This document shows, piece by piece, positions 9,357 to 19,589 of a DNA stretch of 64,000 nt. The stretch spans positions 67,257-131,256 of the forward strand of contig JBNRMW010000016.1 of assembly GCA_050309795.1 (NCBI GenBank), in the 5' to 3' direction. Made by a program: the position numbers and the translations under genes. The stretch's first letter is position 1. Every line of letters begins with the position of its first letter. The stretch comes from Erysipelotrichaceae bacterium. GTDB taxonomy: Bacteria > Bacillota_I > Bacilli_A > Erysipelotrichales > Erysipelotrichaceae. The notes beneath the pieces are model-generated. The model did not search any database and was not told the DNA's origin. It saw only the letters and a list, made by a program, of their open reading frames with translations.

Positions 9357-12300
9357 TGCTGGTTCACGACTTTTTAAAAAAGCTCGATATTCCCCAAAAA
9401 TACTTGGGGCTATTTCCAAATATCGAAATGGACGAGCTCGTCTATCGACGTCGACAAAAGCGGTTATATTGGACGCTAAAAACGTCGAAAGTTTTGAGCT
9501 TTGAATTGTATCAACAACTTCAACAAGCAATTTTAGATCATTTTCACGTGACTTTACATTTGAGTGTCCAACCGGAGAATCCACTCGCCACCCATGTCTT
9601 AGTTTCTGATTATTTGTTGTTTTTCTATGATCAATTAGGGGTGCCTAATCGTTTACGTTCGTCTTCTTTGGTTTTAGAAGGGGACCTTTTATCGATTGTG
9701 ATGTTAACGAAAGAGGATGTCGCAACGATGCGTACGTATCAATTTGATTTACAAGAACGATTGTCTCTTGTTGGCTTTGAATTAATGGTAGATTTTGTTT
9801 TGTATCAACAAATGGACAATGAAGAACCAAAAGCAAAAATCACTGTTCAACCAACCAGTGAACTTTATCGTCAAGCGACTGCTAATGGTAATGGACGTTC
9901 CCGCCACAGAGGGGAGCCAGTGATGGTTGAATTAAAGCACCTGGTCGAGGATATGAATAATATTAAAACCAAAGGTGAATTATTTAAACTAAATCTGCGC
10001 CAGTTAAAAAGCGGTACATATATTGCTAATTTCATGATTCATAGTGGCGATGATGCGATCGAATGTACAAAATTTTATAAAACCGAAGCCGAATGTCCTT
10101 TAAAAGAGAATACGTCTTATTTGGTTACGGGTGATTATCAATACAATAGTTACGCTCGAAATCACCAGTTAAAGGCCCGTGAAATAGAGGAAATTGCACC
10201 GCTTTTTACGATTGAAGATCGCGATCCAATAAAACGGGTGGAGCTTCATGCGCATTCGAATTTTTCCGAAATGGATGGGGTGAGTTCGATTGAATCCTTA
10301 ATTCAACAAGCCTATGATTTTGGTCATCCTGGCTTGGCCATCACCGACCACATGGTCGTTCACGCTTTTCCTAAAGCCCAACGTTATGTTGAAAAACTTT
10401 TAAAGAAGAATCCCGATAAGCCGTTCAAAATGGTTTATGGTTTAGAAATGAACATGGTTGAAGATCAGCTGGATATAGTCAAGCGTGCACCTGTTGGAAA
10501 CCTTAACGACCAAGTCTATTGCGTTTTTGACTTGGAAACGACGGGGTTGTCTTGTCGGAGTGATCATATCATTGAATTTGGAGCCGTTAAAATCGCCAAT
10601 GGTACGGAATTAGATCGGCTTCAAATCTACATTAAACCGCCTGTTTCGATTCCTGCCTCTATTACCCGTTTAACTAAAATAGATGATCAAACGGTTGCCA
10701 GGGCACCAGGACTTCAAGAAGCGTTTTTAACGATTAAAAACTTTATCGGTGATAGTGTTTTAGTGGCCCATAATGCGCAGTTTGATATGGGATTTTTAAA
10801 TCAAGCCGCACGTATTCTTGACCAAGATTTGTTTAACAACCCCGTCATTAATACCCTTGATTTGGCACGGACGATTATTACCGACCGCACTCGTTTTAAT
10901 TTAGGAACGGTCGCTCGTTACTATAAGATTGCTTACGATCAAGATGTCGCGCACCAAGCAGACTACGATGCGGAAGTTTTGGCTGCGGTTTTTCGAGCGA
11001 TGTTAAATACCTTGCAGCTTCAAGGGATCACGACCTTTCAACAATTAGTGCGTTTACAAATAGAAACTCCTGCCTTTGATAAATTGTTTAAACACCATGT
11101 GGTGGTTTTAGCTAAAAATAAACAGGGCTTAAAACAATTATATGAACTTGTTTCAATCTCCCATAGCGAGACATTAATGTTTAATGCCACCAAGGCGAAA
11201 GACCAAGACGAGGTTCAAGCGGAGCCGCGTATTTACCGTTCAAAATTAAATGAACTGCGTGAACATTTGTTAATTGGTTCGGCTTGCTTTAACTCCAAAC
11301 TTTTTGATGTTGCTCAAACAGGTTCGATCGAAGAGTTGGAAGCCGAAATGGCGTTTTATGATTATATTGAACTCCAGCCGCTGGATAATTACCGACCGCT
11401 GCTAGTTATGGAGTCGATATTAAGCGAAGAAGATTTAATGGAGATATTAATTACAATTGTTCAAACCGCTCAAAAATTGAATAAACTGATTGTTGCGACA
11501 GGGGACGTTCATTATCAAATGCCCCATCATAAAGTGTTTAGAGAAGTGTATATAAATGCACAAGGTATTGGTGGAGTTCGCCATCCACTCTATTTATTTG
11601 ATGAGATTAAACGTTCTACCGTTAAATCACCCGATCAACATTTACGACCAACTCAAGAAATGTTGGAAGGTTATCCATACTTAGATCCAGAAATTACCCG
11701 GCTCATTGTTTCCGATAATAGTTTAAAGATTTTAGATATGATCGAACCGGTGTATCCGATTCCCGATCAGTTGTTTACCCCGAAAATTGAAGGATCGGAC
11801 GAGTTATTGATGGAACTTTGTTATGAGCGTGCGTATCAACAATACGGTAAACCTTTACCAGAAATCGTCGAGAAACGTCTCAAACGAGAATTAGATTCTA
11901 TTATCTCTAATGGGTATGGCATTATTTATTATGCTTCTCATTTGTTAGTTAAAAAGTCGATTGATTCTGGCTATATGGTTGGTTCACGGGGCTCGATTGG
12001 GTCGAGTTTAGTTGCTACCATGACCGATATCACGGAAGTAAACCCTTTGCCTCCTCATTATTTTTGTGCGGATTGTCATTTTTCCGATTTTGAGATTGAT
12101 CCAAGTGTGCGTTCTGGTTACGATTTGGAAAGTCGCAATTGTCCAAAATGTCAACAGCCGATGCAAGGCGATGGTCAAAATATTCCTTTTGAAACCTTCT
12201 TAGGCTTTGAAGGGGACAAGGTACCAGATATTGATTTAAACTTCTCTTCACAGTTCCAAGAACATGCTCATGCCCATACGAAAGAGATATTCGGGGAAAC

Positions 12301-13675
12301 AAAAGTTTTACGAGCCGGAACGATTGGCACGGTGGCGGAGAAAACGGCCTTTGGATATGTGTCGGGATATTTTGAAAATGTGCCGACGGCAAAAGGTCAT
12401 CACGACGCCTATAAAGAGTACTTGGCGCATGGTTGTCAAGGAGTGAAACGGACGACGGGTCAACATCCGGGCGGAATTTTAGTTATTCCGCAGGACATGG
12501 ATGTGTTTGATTTTACACCGGTCCAATATCCCGCAAATAATCCGAATTCACAATGGATGACGTCGCATTATGAATTCCACGACATTCATGACAATATTTT
12601 GAAACTTGATATTCTTGGCCATATTGATCCGACGGCCATGAAGTTTTTAGAGGATATTTCAGGAATTGATGTCCGCACCATTCCCATGAATGACGAACCG
12701 ACATTATCTTTGTTTACGACAACCAAAGCCTTAAAATTAGACGAACGAAAGTCGCTGGATAAAAACGGTGCAGCGGGTCTACCCGAATTTGGGACTCCCT
12801 TTGTACGACGGATGCTCGATATTGCTCAACCAAAGACATTTTCCGACCTTGTCCAGGTCACAGGGCTTGCTCATGGAACCAATGTCTGGGCTAATAATGC
12901 TCAAGAATTGATAACCAAAGATGGTCTGAGTTTACAGGATGTGATTGGTTGTCGAGACGATATTATGACTGAAATGATAGCGAAGGGCTTGGATCCGAAA
13001 CTGTCCTTCCAAATCATGGAAGATGTCCGTAAAGGCCGCAAGTTATCGAGTACCATGATTTCGGAAATGAAAAAACATCAAGTACCGGATTGGTACATTG
13101 AATCCTGTGATGTGATTCAATATTTATTCCCGAAAGCCCATGCGGTCGCCTATTGTATGATGGGGTTCCGAGTGGCGTGGTTTAAAGTGCATCACCCACG
13201 TGCATACTATGCTCAATACTTTAGTTTACGAGCAGAAGCCTATGAGTTAAATACGATGCTAAAAGGAGTTGATGCGATGATTCATCGCATTGAAGACATT
13301 AGTTCTCGACTCAATCTCTATAACGAGCATCGAGCGACGACTAAGGAACGCAATATCTTGGCGACCTTAGAAGTGGCGGTCGAAATGTATTTAAGAGGTT
13401 ATTACTTCTCAAACTTTGACGTAAGAACGGCTCCTGCCACACAGTTTAGCTTGGATCCAGAAGATGAGAAGGCCTTATTGATTCCGTTTAATGCGATTGA
13501 TGGTCTAGGCTCTGGGGTAGCTTTAAGTATTGTTGAAGCTCGTGAGCAACATGAGTTTATTTCGATTGAAGATATTGCTTCGCGCTCTCAAATTACCCAA
13601 ACTTCTTTGGAAGCGATTCGCGCCTTGGGGGGATTAACAGGTCTTCAAGAAAGTAATCAAATTAGTTTGTTTTAA
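9356..13675 (+). CDS. polC: DNA polymerase III alpha subunit, PolC type
   Basis: 1439 aa with a PHP domain, an inserted DEDD exonuclease (VFDLETTGL, HNAQFDMGF), a zinc-finger CADC..CPKC and a polymerase core. The start overlaps the rnc stop (TAATG). Confidence 0.97.
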   Translation: MLVHDFLKKLDIPQKYLGLFPNIEMDELVYRRRQKRLYWTLKTSKVLSFELYQQLQQAILDHFHVTLHLSVQPENPLATHVLVSDYLLFFYDQLGVPNRLRSSSLVLEGDLLSIVMLTKEDVATMRTYQFDLQERLSLVGFELMVDFVLYQQMDNEEPKAKITVQPTSELYRQATANGNGRSRHRGEPVMVELKHLVEDMNNIKTKGELFKLNLRQLKSGTYIANFMIHSGDDAIECTKFYKTEAECPLKENTSYLVTGDYQYNSYARNHQLKAREIEEIAPLFTIEDRDPIKRVELHAHSNFSEMDGVSSIESLIQQAYDFGHPGLAITDHMVVHAFPKAQRYVEKLLKKNPDKPFKMVYGLEMNMVEDQLDIVKRAPVGNLNDQVYCVFDLETTGLSCRSDHIIEFGAVKIANGTELDRLQIYIKPPVSIPASITRLTKIDDQTVARAPGLQEAFLTIKNFIGDSVLVAHNAQFDMGFLNQAARILDQDLFNNPVINTLDLARTIITDRTRFNLGTVARYYKIAYDQDVAHQADYDAEVLAAVFRAMLNTLQLQGITTFQQLVRLQIETPAFDKLFKHHVVVLAKNKQGLKQLYELVSISHSETLMFNATKAKDQDEVQAEPRIYRSKLNELREHLLIGSACFNSKLFDVAQTGSIEELEAEMAFYDYIELQPLDNYRPLLVMESILSEEDLMEILITIVQTAQKLNKLIVATGDVHYQMPHHKVFREVYINAQGIGGVRHPLYLFDEIKRSTVKSPDQHLRPTQEMLEGYPYLDPEITRLIVSDNSLKILDMIEPVYPIPDQLFTPKIEGSDELLMELCYERAYQQYGKPLPEIVEKRLKRELDSIISNGYGIIYYASHLLVKKSIDSGYMVGSRGSIGSSLVATMTDITEVNPLPPHYFCADCHFSDFEIDPSVRSGYDLESRNCPKCQQPMQGDGQNIPFETFLGFEGDKVPDIDLNFSSQFQEHAHAHTKEIFGETKVLRAGTIGTVAEKTAFGYVSGYFENVPTAKGHHDAYKEYLAHGCQGVKRTTGQHPGGILVIPQDMDVFDFTPVQYPANNPNSQWMTSHYEFHDIHDNILKLDILGHIDPTAMKFLEDISGIDVRTIPMNDEPTLSLFTTTKALKLDERKSLDKNGAAGLPEFGTPFVRRMLDIAQPKTFSDLVQVTGLAHGTNVWANNAQELITKDGLSLQDVIGCRDDIMTEMIAKGLDPKLSFQIMEDVRKGRKLSSTMISEMKKHQVPDWYIESCDVIQYLFPKAHAVAYCMMGFRVAWFKVHHPRAYYAQYFSLRAEAYELNTMLKGVDAMIHRIEDISSRLNLYNEHRATTKERNILATLEVAVEMYLRGYYFSNFDVRTAPATQFSLDPEDEKALLIPFNAIDGLGSGVALSIVEAREQHEFISIEDIASRSQITQTSLEAIRALGGLTGLQESNQISLF

Positions 13676-13744
13676 AGTCCATAACACGTTGATTTACGTG
13701 ATTCAGGGGATTTGTCTATATGACAGAACGAGTAATCAAGGCGG

Positions 13745-13772
13745 TTGTTTTCGCCGAGATTTATGCTATAAT
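13745..13772 (+). promoter_or_regulatory. Candidate promoter of the rimP-nusA-infB operon
   Basis: TTGTTT, 16-nt spacer, then TGcTATAAT (extended -10 at 13764-13772). Confidence 0.45.
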
Positions 13773-13788
13773 AGACGTAATAACACAG

Positions 13789-13826
13789 CAAGGAGTGGTT
13801 TAGGCCACTCCTTGTCTTATGATTTG
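13789..13826 (+). terminator. Perfect 10-bp hairpin plus interrupted U-tract in the rimP-nusA leader; polC terminator and/or leader attenuator
   Basis: caaggagtgg-tttagg-ccactccttg followed by tcttatgattt. It sits 10-20 nt downstream of the predicted start site and 25 nt before the rimP GTG. Confidence 0.6.
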
Positions 13827-13838
13827 AAGGGAGACAGT

Positions 13839-14303
13839 GTGGTCAATTTAGAAGAAATCAAAGCAGTTATTAGCAAAGTTTTAGAAACATATGGGATGAC
13901 CTTGACAAAGGTCCGATGGATAAATCAAGCAGAACCAATCTTAGAAGTGAGCATCATGAACGAGAACTATGCCTTCGATTTAGATATGGCAGAATTGGTT
14001 ACCGAACCCATCAGCAACGCCTTGGATGAATCCAATTTAATTGAACGAGCCTATATGCTCGATATTGGTTCTCCTGGAGCGGAGCGTGAAATCGTTGGTG
14101 ATGACGATTTACGTCATCAAATTGATCAGTACGTATTTGTAAAATTGAAACAACCTAAAGCTGGATTTGATCAATATGAAGGCTACTTAAGAGAAGTTTC
14201 GAGCGAAGACATCCGTATCGAGTATCGAGAAAAAACACGCGTTAAATACGCCCAAATTGACCTAGAGAATATCGCCATGATTCGTTTGGCGGTTAAATTT
14301 TAA
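13839..14303 (+). CDS. rimP: Ribosome maturation factor RimP
   Basis: RimP-like sequence, with synteny immediately upstream of nusA. GTG at 13839 lies 5 nt after gaagggag. The upstream part of the 204-aa ORF covers the promoter and hairpin and was discarded. Confidence 0.8.
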   Translation: MVNLEEIKAVISKVLETYGMTLTKVRWINQAEPILEVSIMNENYAFDLDMAELVTEPISNALDESNLIERAYMLDIGSPGAEREIVGDDDLRHQIDQYVFVKLKQPKAGFDQYEGYLREVSSEDIRIEYREKTRVKYAQIDLENIAMIRLAVKF

Positions 14304-14319
14304 ACATTGAGGAGTTTAT

Positions 14320-16071
14320 ATGAAATTTGAAGCATTCGTGACCGCTTTACAAGGTATTGAAGAGAACCGGAATATTTCCCAAGAAATTATTTTGGAATCA
14401 CTTGAAGATGCCTTAATAAAAGCATTTAGAAAACAAGTTGAAATCCCCGATGCGCTTGCCCGGGTGGACATTAATCCGGCCACGGGGGAGATGCACCTAT
14501 ACCAATTATTTGAAGTCAAAGCCAAGGAAGATGTTGAAGACGATGTCTTAGAAGTTGAACTTGAAGAAGCTCAATCTGTGGATCCGAACCTTCAAATTGG
14601 TGATTTCATGGAAATTGAACATAGTATTCAAGATTTGGGACGAGCAGCTGCACAACTTGCCAAACAAGTTTTGAAACAAAAAGTTCGAGAAGCGGAAAAG
14701 AAAGCCGTCTATGACGAATATATTGATAAGCTCGATGAGATGATTATTGGTGAAATTGAATCGGTGGAACATAACTTTATCTTAGTTAATATTGGAAAAG
14801 CCATTGCCTTGATGCCCCGCGCTCAGCAAATTCCTAATGAAATCTATCATGAAGGTCAACGCTTACGAGTAGTGATTGTAGAAGTTGTTAAAGATACCAA
14901 AGGTGCCCAAGTTATTGTTTCACGCTCAGATGCCAAACTGGTTCGTCGCCTTTTTGAAAAGGAAGTACCAGAAATTTATGATGGTTTAGTTGAGATTAAA
15001 GCGATTGCCCGGGAAGCTGGAGAGCGAACCAAAATGGCGGTCCTGTCTCATTCCGAACAAGTCGATGCGATTGGCGCCTGTATCGGTCCTCGCGGATCGC
15101 GTGTTCAGGTTGTCATTGAAGAATTACGTGGCGAGAAAATCGATATCTTTGAATGGTCACCAAATATGATTGAATTAATTAAAAATGCGTTATCTCCGGC
15201 TCAAGTCATTGCGGTTTTCCCGCAGTTAGAAGGACGGGGATTAACAGTTATTGTAGACGATTCTCAATTATCTTTAGCGATTGGTCGTAAGGGTAAAAAT
15301 GCCCGCTTAGCGGTCCGTTTAACCGGTCAGAAGATCGATATAATATCTCAATCCGAAGCCATCGAAGCCGAGATTGATTATATGCAATTGATGGAAGACT
15401 ATCAAATTCAGTTACAAGAAGAATTTGAAGCCAAGCAAGCGGCCCAAGAAGCGAAACGTTTAGCGCAGTTACAAGAAGAATATGAACGACTACAAGCGTC
15501 TGAAACCGAAACGACCGAAGATATCTTAGATAAAGATGAATTAGATATCGATGAGTATGAAGATGACTTTAGCGAAGCCTTTACAGAAGATCACGAAGAG
15601 GACGTTGAACCGCGAGTTGAAAAAGGCGAAGCAGAAGAACTCGACATTGACCAAGCCCAAGATGAAGAAGTTGAAACGGAATCTATAGTAGAAGAAGCGC
15701 TTGAAGTTGAAGAACTTCAAGATGAGTTGGTGGAACCGGAAACGGTAGAAACGGTTGAAGATCAACCACAACCGGTTGTTGCCCCACCGAAACGCAGCAT
15801 TAAAGAACGACAAGAGTATGTATCCAAGTACGAAAAGTTTGCTGAAGGTGGAACCACTGCCCAAGAAAGTGCATCCCGTCGCCGTCGTCAAAAAGACGAT
15901 GAAGGCAAACGCATAAACACCGCCGAGCTTTTGAAAGAGCTCGAATACGAGATTAAGCCAGAATATACCCCTGAAGAACTTGCTGAAATCGAAGCTATGA
16001 ATGAAGCTGATGAATGGTACGACCAAGAAATTGATTTTGATGCCTTCGATGAATACTACGACGAGGAATAA
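14320..16071 (+). CDS. nusA: Transcription termination/antitermination factor NusA with a ~240-aa acidic C-terminal extension
   Basis: NusA N-terminal domain, S1 and two KH domains (GACIGPRGSRV, AIGRKGKNARLA), followed by a D/E-rich tail. Confidence 0.93.
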   Translation: MKFEAFVTALQGIEENRNISQEIILESLEDALIKAFRKQVEIPDALARVDINPATGEMHLYQLFEVKAKEDVEDDVLEVELEEAQSVDPNLQIGDFMEIEHSIQDLGRAAAQLAKQVLKQKVREAEKKAVYDEYIDKLDEMIIGEIESVEHNFILVNIGKAIALMPRAQQIPNEIYHEGQRLRVVIVEVVKDTKGAQVIVSRSDAKLVRRLFEKEVPEIYDGLVEIKAIAREAGERTKMAVLSHSEQVDAIGACIGPRGSRVQVVIEELRGEKIDIFEWSPNMIELIKNALSPAQVIAVFPQLEGRGLTVIVDDSQLSLAIGRKGKNARLAVRLTGQKIDIISQSEAIEAEIDYMQLMEDYQIQLQEEFEAKQAAQEAKRLAQLQEEYERLQASETETTEDILDKDELDIDEYEDDFSEAFTEDHEEDVEPRVEKGEAEELDIDQAQDEEVETESIVEEALEVEELQDELVEPETVETVEDQPQPVVAPPKRSIKERQEYVSKYEKFAEGGTTAQESASRRRRQKDDEGKRINTAELLKELEYEIKPEYTPEELAEIEAMNEADEWYDQEIDFDAFDEYYDEE

Positions 16072-16331
16072 TGACTAAAAAAATTCCAATGAGAACATGT
16101 GTCGCGACAGGGGAGCGCTTGGCAAAAAAAGACTTAATACGCGTGGTACGCACACCAGATAAAAAAGTGAAGGTTGATTTAACCGGTAAAGCTAATGGAC
16201 GGGGCGCTTATCTCAAGAAGAATTTAGAAGCTCTAACGATTGCCCAAAAAAAAGGGAGTCTAAAACGCGCCCTAAACGTAGAAATAGAACAGGAAGTCTA
16301 CGATGAACTTGCGAAAGTCATCAATGGTTGA
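16071..16331 (+). CDS. ylxR: YlxR/RnpM family RNA-binding protein (DUF448)
   Basis: PMRTCVATGERLAKKDLIRVV and GRGAY motifs. Conserved position after nusA. Confidence 0.88.
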   Translation: MTKKIPMRTCVATGERLAKKDLIRVVRTPDKKVKVDLTGKANGRGAYLKKNLEALTIAQKKGSLKRALNVEIEQEVYDELAKVING

Positions 16332-16644
16332 TCATACTTTATCTAATCTTGGATTAGCTTTCCGAGCGGGAGCTATTGTCACGGGTGATCAACTCTTAAA
16401 AGCTTTGAAGCAAAATCAAGTGTGCTATCTATTTATTGCTCACGATGCCTCAGAAAAAACCAAAATCCGATTTATGAAATCGGCAACGTCTAAGCAGATA
16501 GCGGTGAATCTCGAGTATTCGTTTACCGAACTGTCACAAGCAATCGGTAAAAAACAACGAAAAGTCCTCGGGTTGACCGACACACGCTTTTTAAAAACAT
16601 TAAGAAAAAAGGAGGAACAGGATGTCACAAAAGAGAAGAAATAG
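16324..16644 (+). CDS. ylxQ: L7Ae-family RNA-binding protein YlxQ
   Basis: [20 protein letters not shown] matches the YlxQ/L7Ae pattern. ATG at 16324 overlaps the ylxR stop (ATGGTTGA). Confidence 0.8.
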   Translation: MVDHTLSNLGLAFRAGAIVTGDQLLKALKQNQVCYLFIAHDASEKTKIRFMKSATSKQIAVNLEYSFTELSQAIGKKQRKVLGLTDTRFLKTLRKKEEQDVTKEKK

Positions 16645-18457
16645 AAGACGTAAATCCAATAATCGACGTTCCAGCGGTAAGCCCGCATTTAAACCGCGGG
16701 CTGAAGTTGTAAAAGAGATTACTTATCAAGAGGGGATTACGGTCAGTGATCTGGCCTCTAAACTGAATAAAAACGCATCAGATATTATTCGTTTATTGTT
16801 TATGATGGGCAATATGGTGACCATCAACGATCATTTGTCCGATGAATTAGTTGAATTAATTGCTTTGGAATATGAGGTGGAAGCCACCAAAGAAGAAGTA
16901 ATTGATGAAGATGCCTTAGAAGATTTAGTTGAAGATGATCCAGCCACACTTAAAGATCGTCCACCAGTGGTGACGATTATGGGTCACGTTGACCATGGTA
17001 AGACCACGCTGCTCGACTCAATTCGTAAAACCGAAGTCACGGCAGGGGAGTTTGGGGGTATTACCCAGCATATCGGAGCATACCAAATTAAAGTGGACGG
17101 TCGACCAATTACCTTTTTAGATACCCCAGGCCACGAAGCATTTACAGCGATGCGGGCTCGAGGGGCACAAATTACCGATATTGTTATCATTGTGGTCGCT
17201 GCTGATGATGGGGTCATGCCTCAAACCAAAGAAGCCATTGACCACGCCAAAGCAGCCAATGTACCCATTATTGTGGCTGTGAACAAAATTGATAAACCCA
17301 CCGCGAATCCGGATCGTGTCATGAACGAATTGGCGGAAATGGATATTTTATCGGAAGCCTATGGTGGTGATGTACCGTTTATTGAAGTTTCGGCCTTACA
17401 AGGTTTAGGTATTGATGACTTGTTAGAAACAATCATCTTAATGTCTGATTTAATGGAACTTAAAGCCAATCCGGACCGTAATGCTTTTGGAAGCGTCATT
17501 GAAGCCCGATTGGATCGTGGTTTAGGACCTGTAGCAACCATTTTGGTTCAAAAAGGTACGTTAAAATTATCCGATCCTTTAGTTATTGGTCATACCTTTG
17601 CTCGGGTCCGTCGCATGGTTGACGACCGCGGTCGGGATTTGAAAGAAGCAGGTCCATCGATGCCGGTTAAGATCATCGGTTTATCCGATGTTCCTGAAGC
17701 TGGGGATTTATTTAGAGTCTTTGATGAAGAAAAACGAGCACGTGCCATTGCGGAGAAACGTCTTCAAGCGAAAATCGAAGCCGAACGTAAGCGTTCTTCG
17801 GCACTTTCTTTAGAAGATTTATCCCAACGGATTAAGGAAGAAGGTTTCCAAGACATTCCCATTATTATTAAATCCGATGTTCAAGGTTCGGCTGAAGCCG
17901 TAAAAGACGCTTTAGAACGTATTGATGTGGAATCAATTCGTGTTAACGTCATACGTGCGACTGCTGGAGCGATATCCGAATCGGATGTTATGTTAGCCAG
18001 TGCCTCTAATGCCCTTATTTATGGCTTTAACGTTCGTCCTAATGCCCAAGTTCGTAATAAAGCCCAAGACGAAGGCGTGACCATCCGACTTCACAATATT
18101 ATTTATAAAGTAGTTGAAGAAATGGAAGCAGCCATGAAGGGGATGTTAGCACCTGTGTTTGAAGAAGTTATTTGGGGTCAAGCCGAAGTTCGCGAAATCT
18201 TTAAAGTATCTCGAATTGGGACGATTGCGGGTTCCTATGTGACCGATGGTAAAATTATTCGTGATTCCAAAGTTCGTTTAATTCGAGATGGTATTGTTGT
18301 TTATGATGGAAAATTAGGTTCCTTGCGTCGATTTGATAAAGATGTGAAGGAAGTTAGTTCGGGTTATGAATGTGGAATTACCATTGAAAACTTTAACGAC
18401 ATCAAAGAACGCGACTTAATTGAATCCTATGGAGATCAGGAGGTGCCAGTTGAATGA
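16622..18457 (+). CDS. infB: Translation initiation factor IF-2
   Basis: GTPase motifs [14 protein letters not shown] and NKID, plus the IF2 C-terminal domains. aaggagg lies upstream of the ATG. Confidence 0.96.
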   Translation: MSQKRRNRRRKSNNRRSSGKPAFKPRAEVVKEITYQEGITVSDLASKLNKNASDIIRLLFMMGNMVTINDHLSDELVELIALEYEVEATKEEVIDEDALEDLVEDDPATLKDRPPVVTIMGHVDHGKTTLLDSIRKTEVTAGEFGGITQHIGAYQIKVDGRPITFLDTPGHEAFTAMRARGAQITDIVIIVVAADDGVMPQTKEAIDHAKAANVPIIVAVNKIDKPTANPDRVMNELAEMDILSEAYGGDVPFIEVSALQGLGIDDLLETIILMSDLMELKANPDRNAFGSVIEARLDRGLGPVATILVQKGTLKLSDPLVIGHTFARVRRMVDDRGRDLKEAGPSMPVKIIGLSDVPEAGDLFRVFDEEKRARAIAEKRLQAKIEAERKRSSALSLEDLSQRIKEEGFQDIPIIIKSDVQGSAEAVKDALERIDVESIRVNVIRATAGAISESDVMLASASNALIYGFNVRPNAQVRNKAQDEGVTIRLHNIIYKVVEEMEAAMKGMLAPVFEEVIWGQAEVREIFKVSRIGTIAGSYVTDGKIIRDSKVRLIRDGIVVYDGKLGSLRRFDKDVKEVSSGYECGITIENFNDIKERDLIESYGDQEVPVE

Positions 18458-18816
18458 GTGTCAAGAAAGATCGTTTAGAAGGGTTAATTCGTAAAGAACT
18501 ATCAAACATTTTACAGTTTGAGGTCAAGAAAACATCCATTGGTTTTACAACCATTACGGATGTTGAACTAACGCGAGACTACAGCTACGCAACGATTTAT
18601 GTAAGTTTTTTAGAAACAAGCGATGTCAGTTCCAAAGATCGCTTAGCCGAACTTGAAAAAGTTAAAGGCGTGATTCGCTCAAAACTAGCAGCTAAACTAA
18701 AAACTCGAAAAACGCCTGAATTAATTTTCAAACTTGATCGAAGCTTCGATCAGGGAGCGCGTATTGATGAAGTTTTAGCTCAAATTAGTGAAAAAGAAGA
18801 AGAAACTGAAGAATAA
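18454..18816 (+). CDS. rbfA: Ribosome-binding factor A
   Basis: RbfA-type sequence (R.E.L..EL..IL) and its position after infB. Confidence 0.9.
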   Translation: MSVKKDRLEGLIRKELSNILQFEVKKTSIGFTTITDVELTRDYSYATIYVSFLETSDVSSKDRLAELEKVKGVIRSKLAAKLKTRKTPELIFKLDRSFDQGARIDEVLAQISEKEEETEE

Positions 18817-18820
18817 ATAG

Positions 18821-18852
18821 AAGAGACGATGCCATTTGGTTTCGTCTCTTTT
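18821..18852 (+). terminator. Terminator closing the nusA-infB-rbfA operon; possibly bidirectional
   Basis: agagacga-12 nt-tcgtctct 8-bp stem followed by TTTT. Confidence 0.75.
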
Positions 18853-18857
18853 TGAAT

Positions 18858-19589
18858 CTATAAGTATTTCGCAATAAATTGCTGAGCTTGAATGGTTTCT
18901 GGTTTTGAAAAAAACTGATCTGCGGGACTGTCTTCAATTATTCGACCGTCCATCATAAAGAGGATGCGATCACTCACTGCTTTCGCAAAACGCATTTCAT
19001 GAGTAACAATAACTAAGTTAAGGTGTTGTGTTTGACTCAACTCTTTAATAACCTCCAGCACTTCATCAACCATTTGGGGATCTAGGGCGGAAGTGGGCTC
19101 ATCTAAGAGTAAGACTTCCGGGTCCATACACAGCGAGCGAGCAATGGCGACTCGTTGTTTTTGTCCGCCAGAAAGCAGGGTAACCGATTGTTGGGCGTAG
19201 GCCTTCATTCCGACTTTTTCCAACATTTGTAAAGAAATGGCTTCGGCTTCTTCTTTTGTTCGTTTTAAAACTTTAATTTGAGCAATATTACAATTTTGAA
19301 TGACGGTCATATGATTGAAGAGGTTGAAAGACTGAAAGATCATCCCCACTTTTGATCGGTAGTAATTTTGATCAAAGGCGTCGTCATGAATGTTTTGACC
19401 TTTATATAAAATAGTTCCACTTTGATGGTCTTCCAAAAGATTTAAGGTGCGAAGCAACGTTGACTTACCAGATCCGGAAGGGCCGATGATGGCCGTAATT
19501 TCACCTTCATTAATGACAAGGTCGAGCTTGTGTAAGACTTGATGTTGGTCGTATCGTTTCGTTAATTTTTGAATTTCAAATAGGTTCAT
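18858..19589 (-). CDS. Polar amino-acid ABC transporter, ATP-binding protein
   Basis: Walker A GPSGSGKST, signature LSGGQKQR and Walker [12 protein letters not shown]. Confidence 0.92.
   Translation of the reverse strand: MNLFEIQKLTKRYDQHQVLHKLDLVINEGEITAIIGPSGSGKSTLLRTLNLLEDHQSGTILYKGQNIHDDAFDQNYYRSKVGMIFQSFNLFNHMTVIQNCNIAQIKVLKRTKEEAEAISLQMLEKVGMKAYAQQSVTLLSGGQKQRVAIARSLCMDPEVLLLDEPTSALDPQMVDEVLEVIKELSQTQHLNLVIVTHEMRFAKAVSDRILFMMDGRIIEDSPADQFFSKPETIQAQQFIAKYL

Noticed and set aside
12030-12392. A 120-aa antisense ORF inside polC, plus other short internal ORFs (for example 5989-6276, 35031-35348, 41141-41383, 58979-59297)
   Set aside because: All are nested in well-supported genes and lack start context. 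Their compositions are typical of out-of-frame or antisense translation.
13720-13803. A 27-codon ORF (MTERVIKAVVFAEIYAIIDVITQQGVV) in the polC-rimP spacer, ending in the hairpin loop
   Set aside because: It covers the predicted promoter itself, has only a weak ribosome-binding site, and has no support beyond being open. It is mentioned only as a caveat to the attenuator idea.
13689-13838. N-terminal extensions of the tracked ORFs for rimP, and likewise for HAD (to 1821), PBP (to 45529), the orphan protein (to 37770), efp (to 39282), der (to 36161), truB (from 21488) and SBP (to 21174)
   Set aside because: The extensions overlap promoters, terminators or neighbouring genes and lack a ribosome-binding site. 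Internal starts with good Shine-Dalgarno spacing reproduce the canonical family N-termini.
15541-16026. A 161-aa antisense ORF inside nusA
   Set aside because: It is a shadow of the GAA/GAT-rich acidic tail, because the antisense TTC/ATC codons contain no stops. The product is a low-complexity Phe/Ile-rich sequence.
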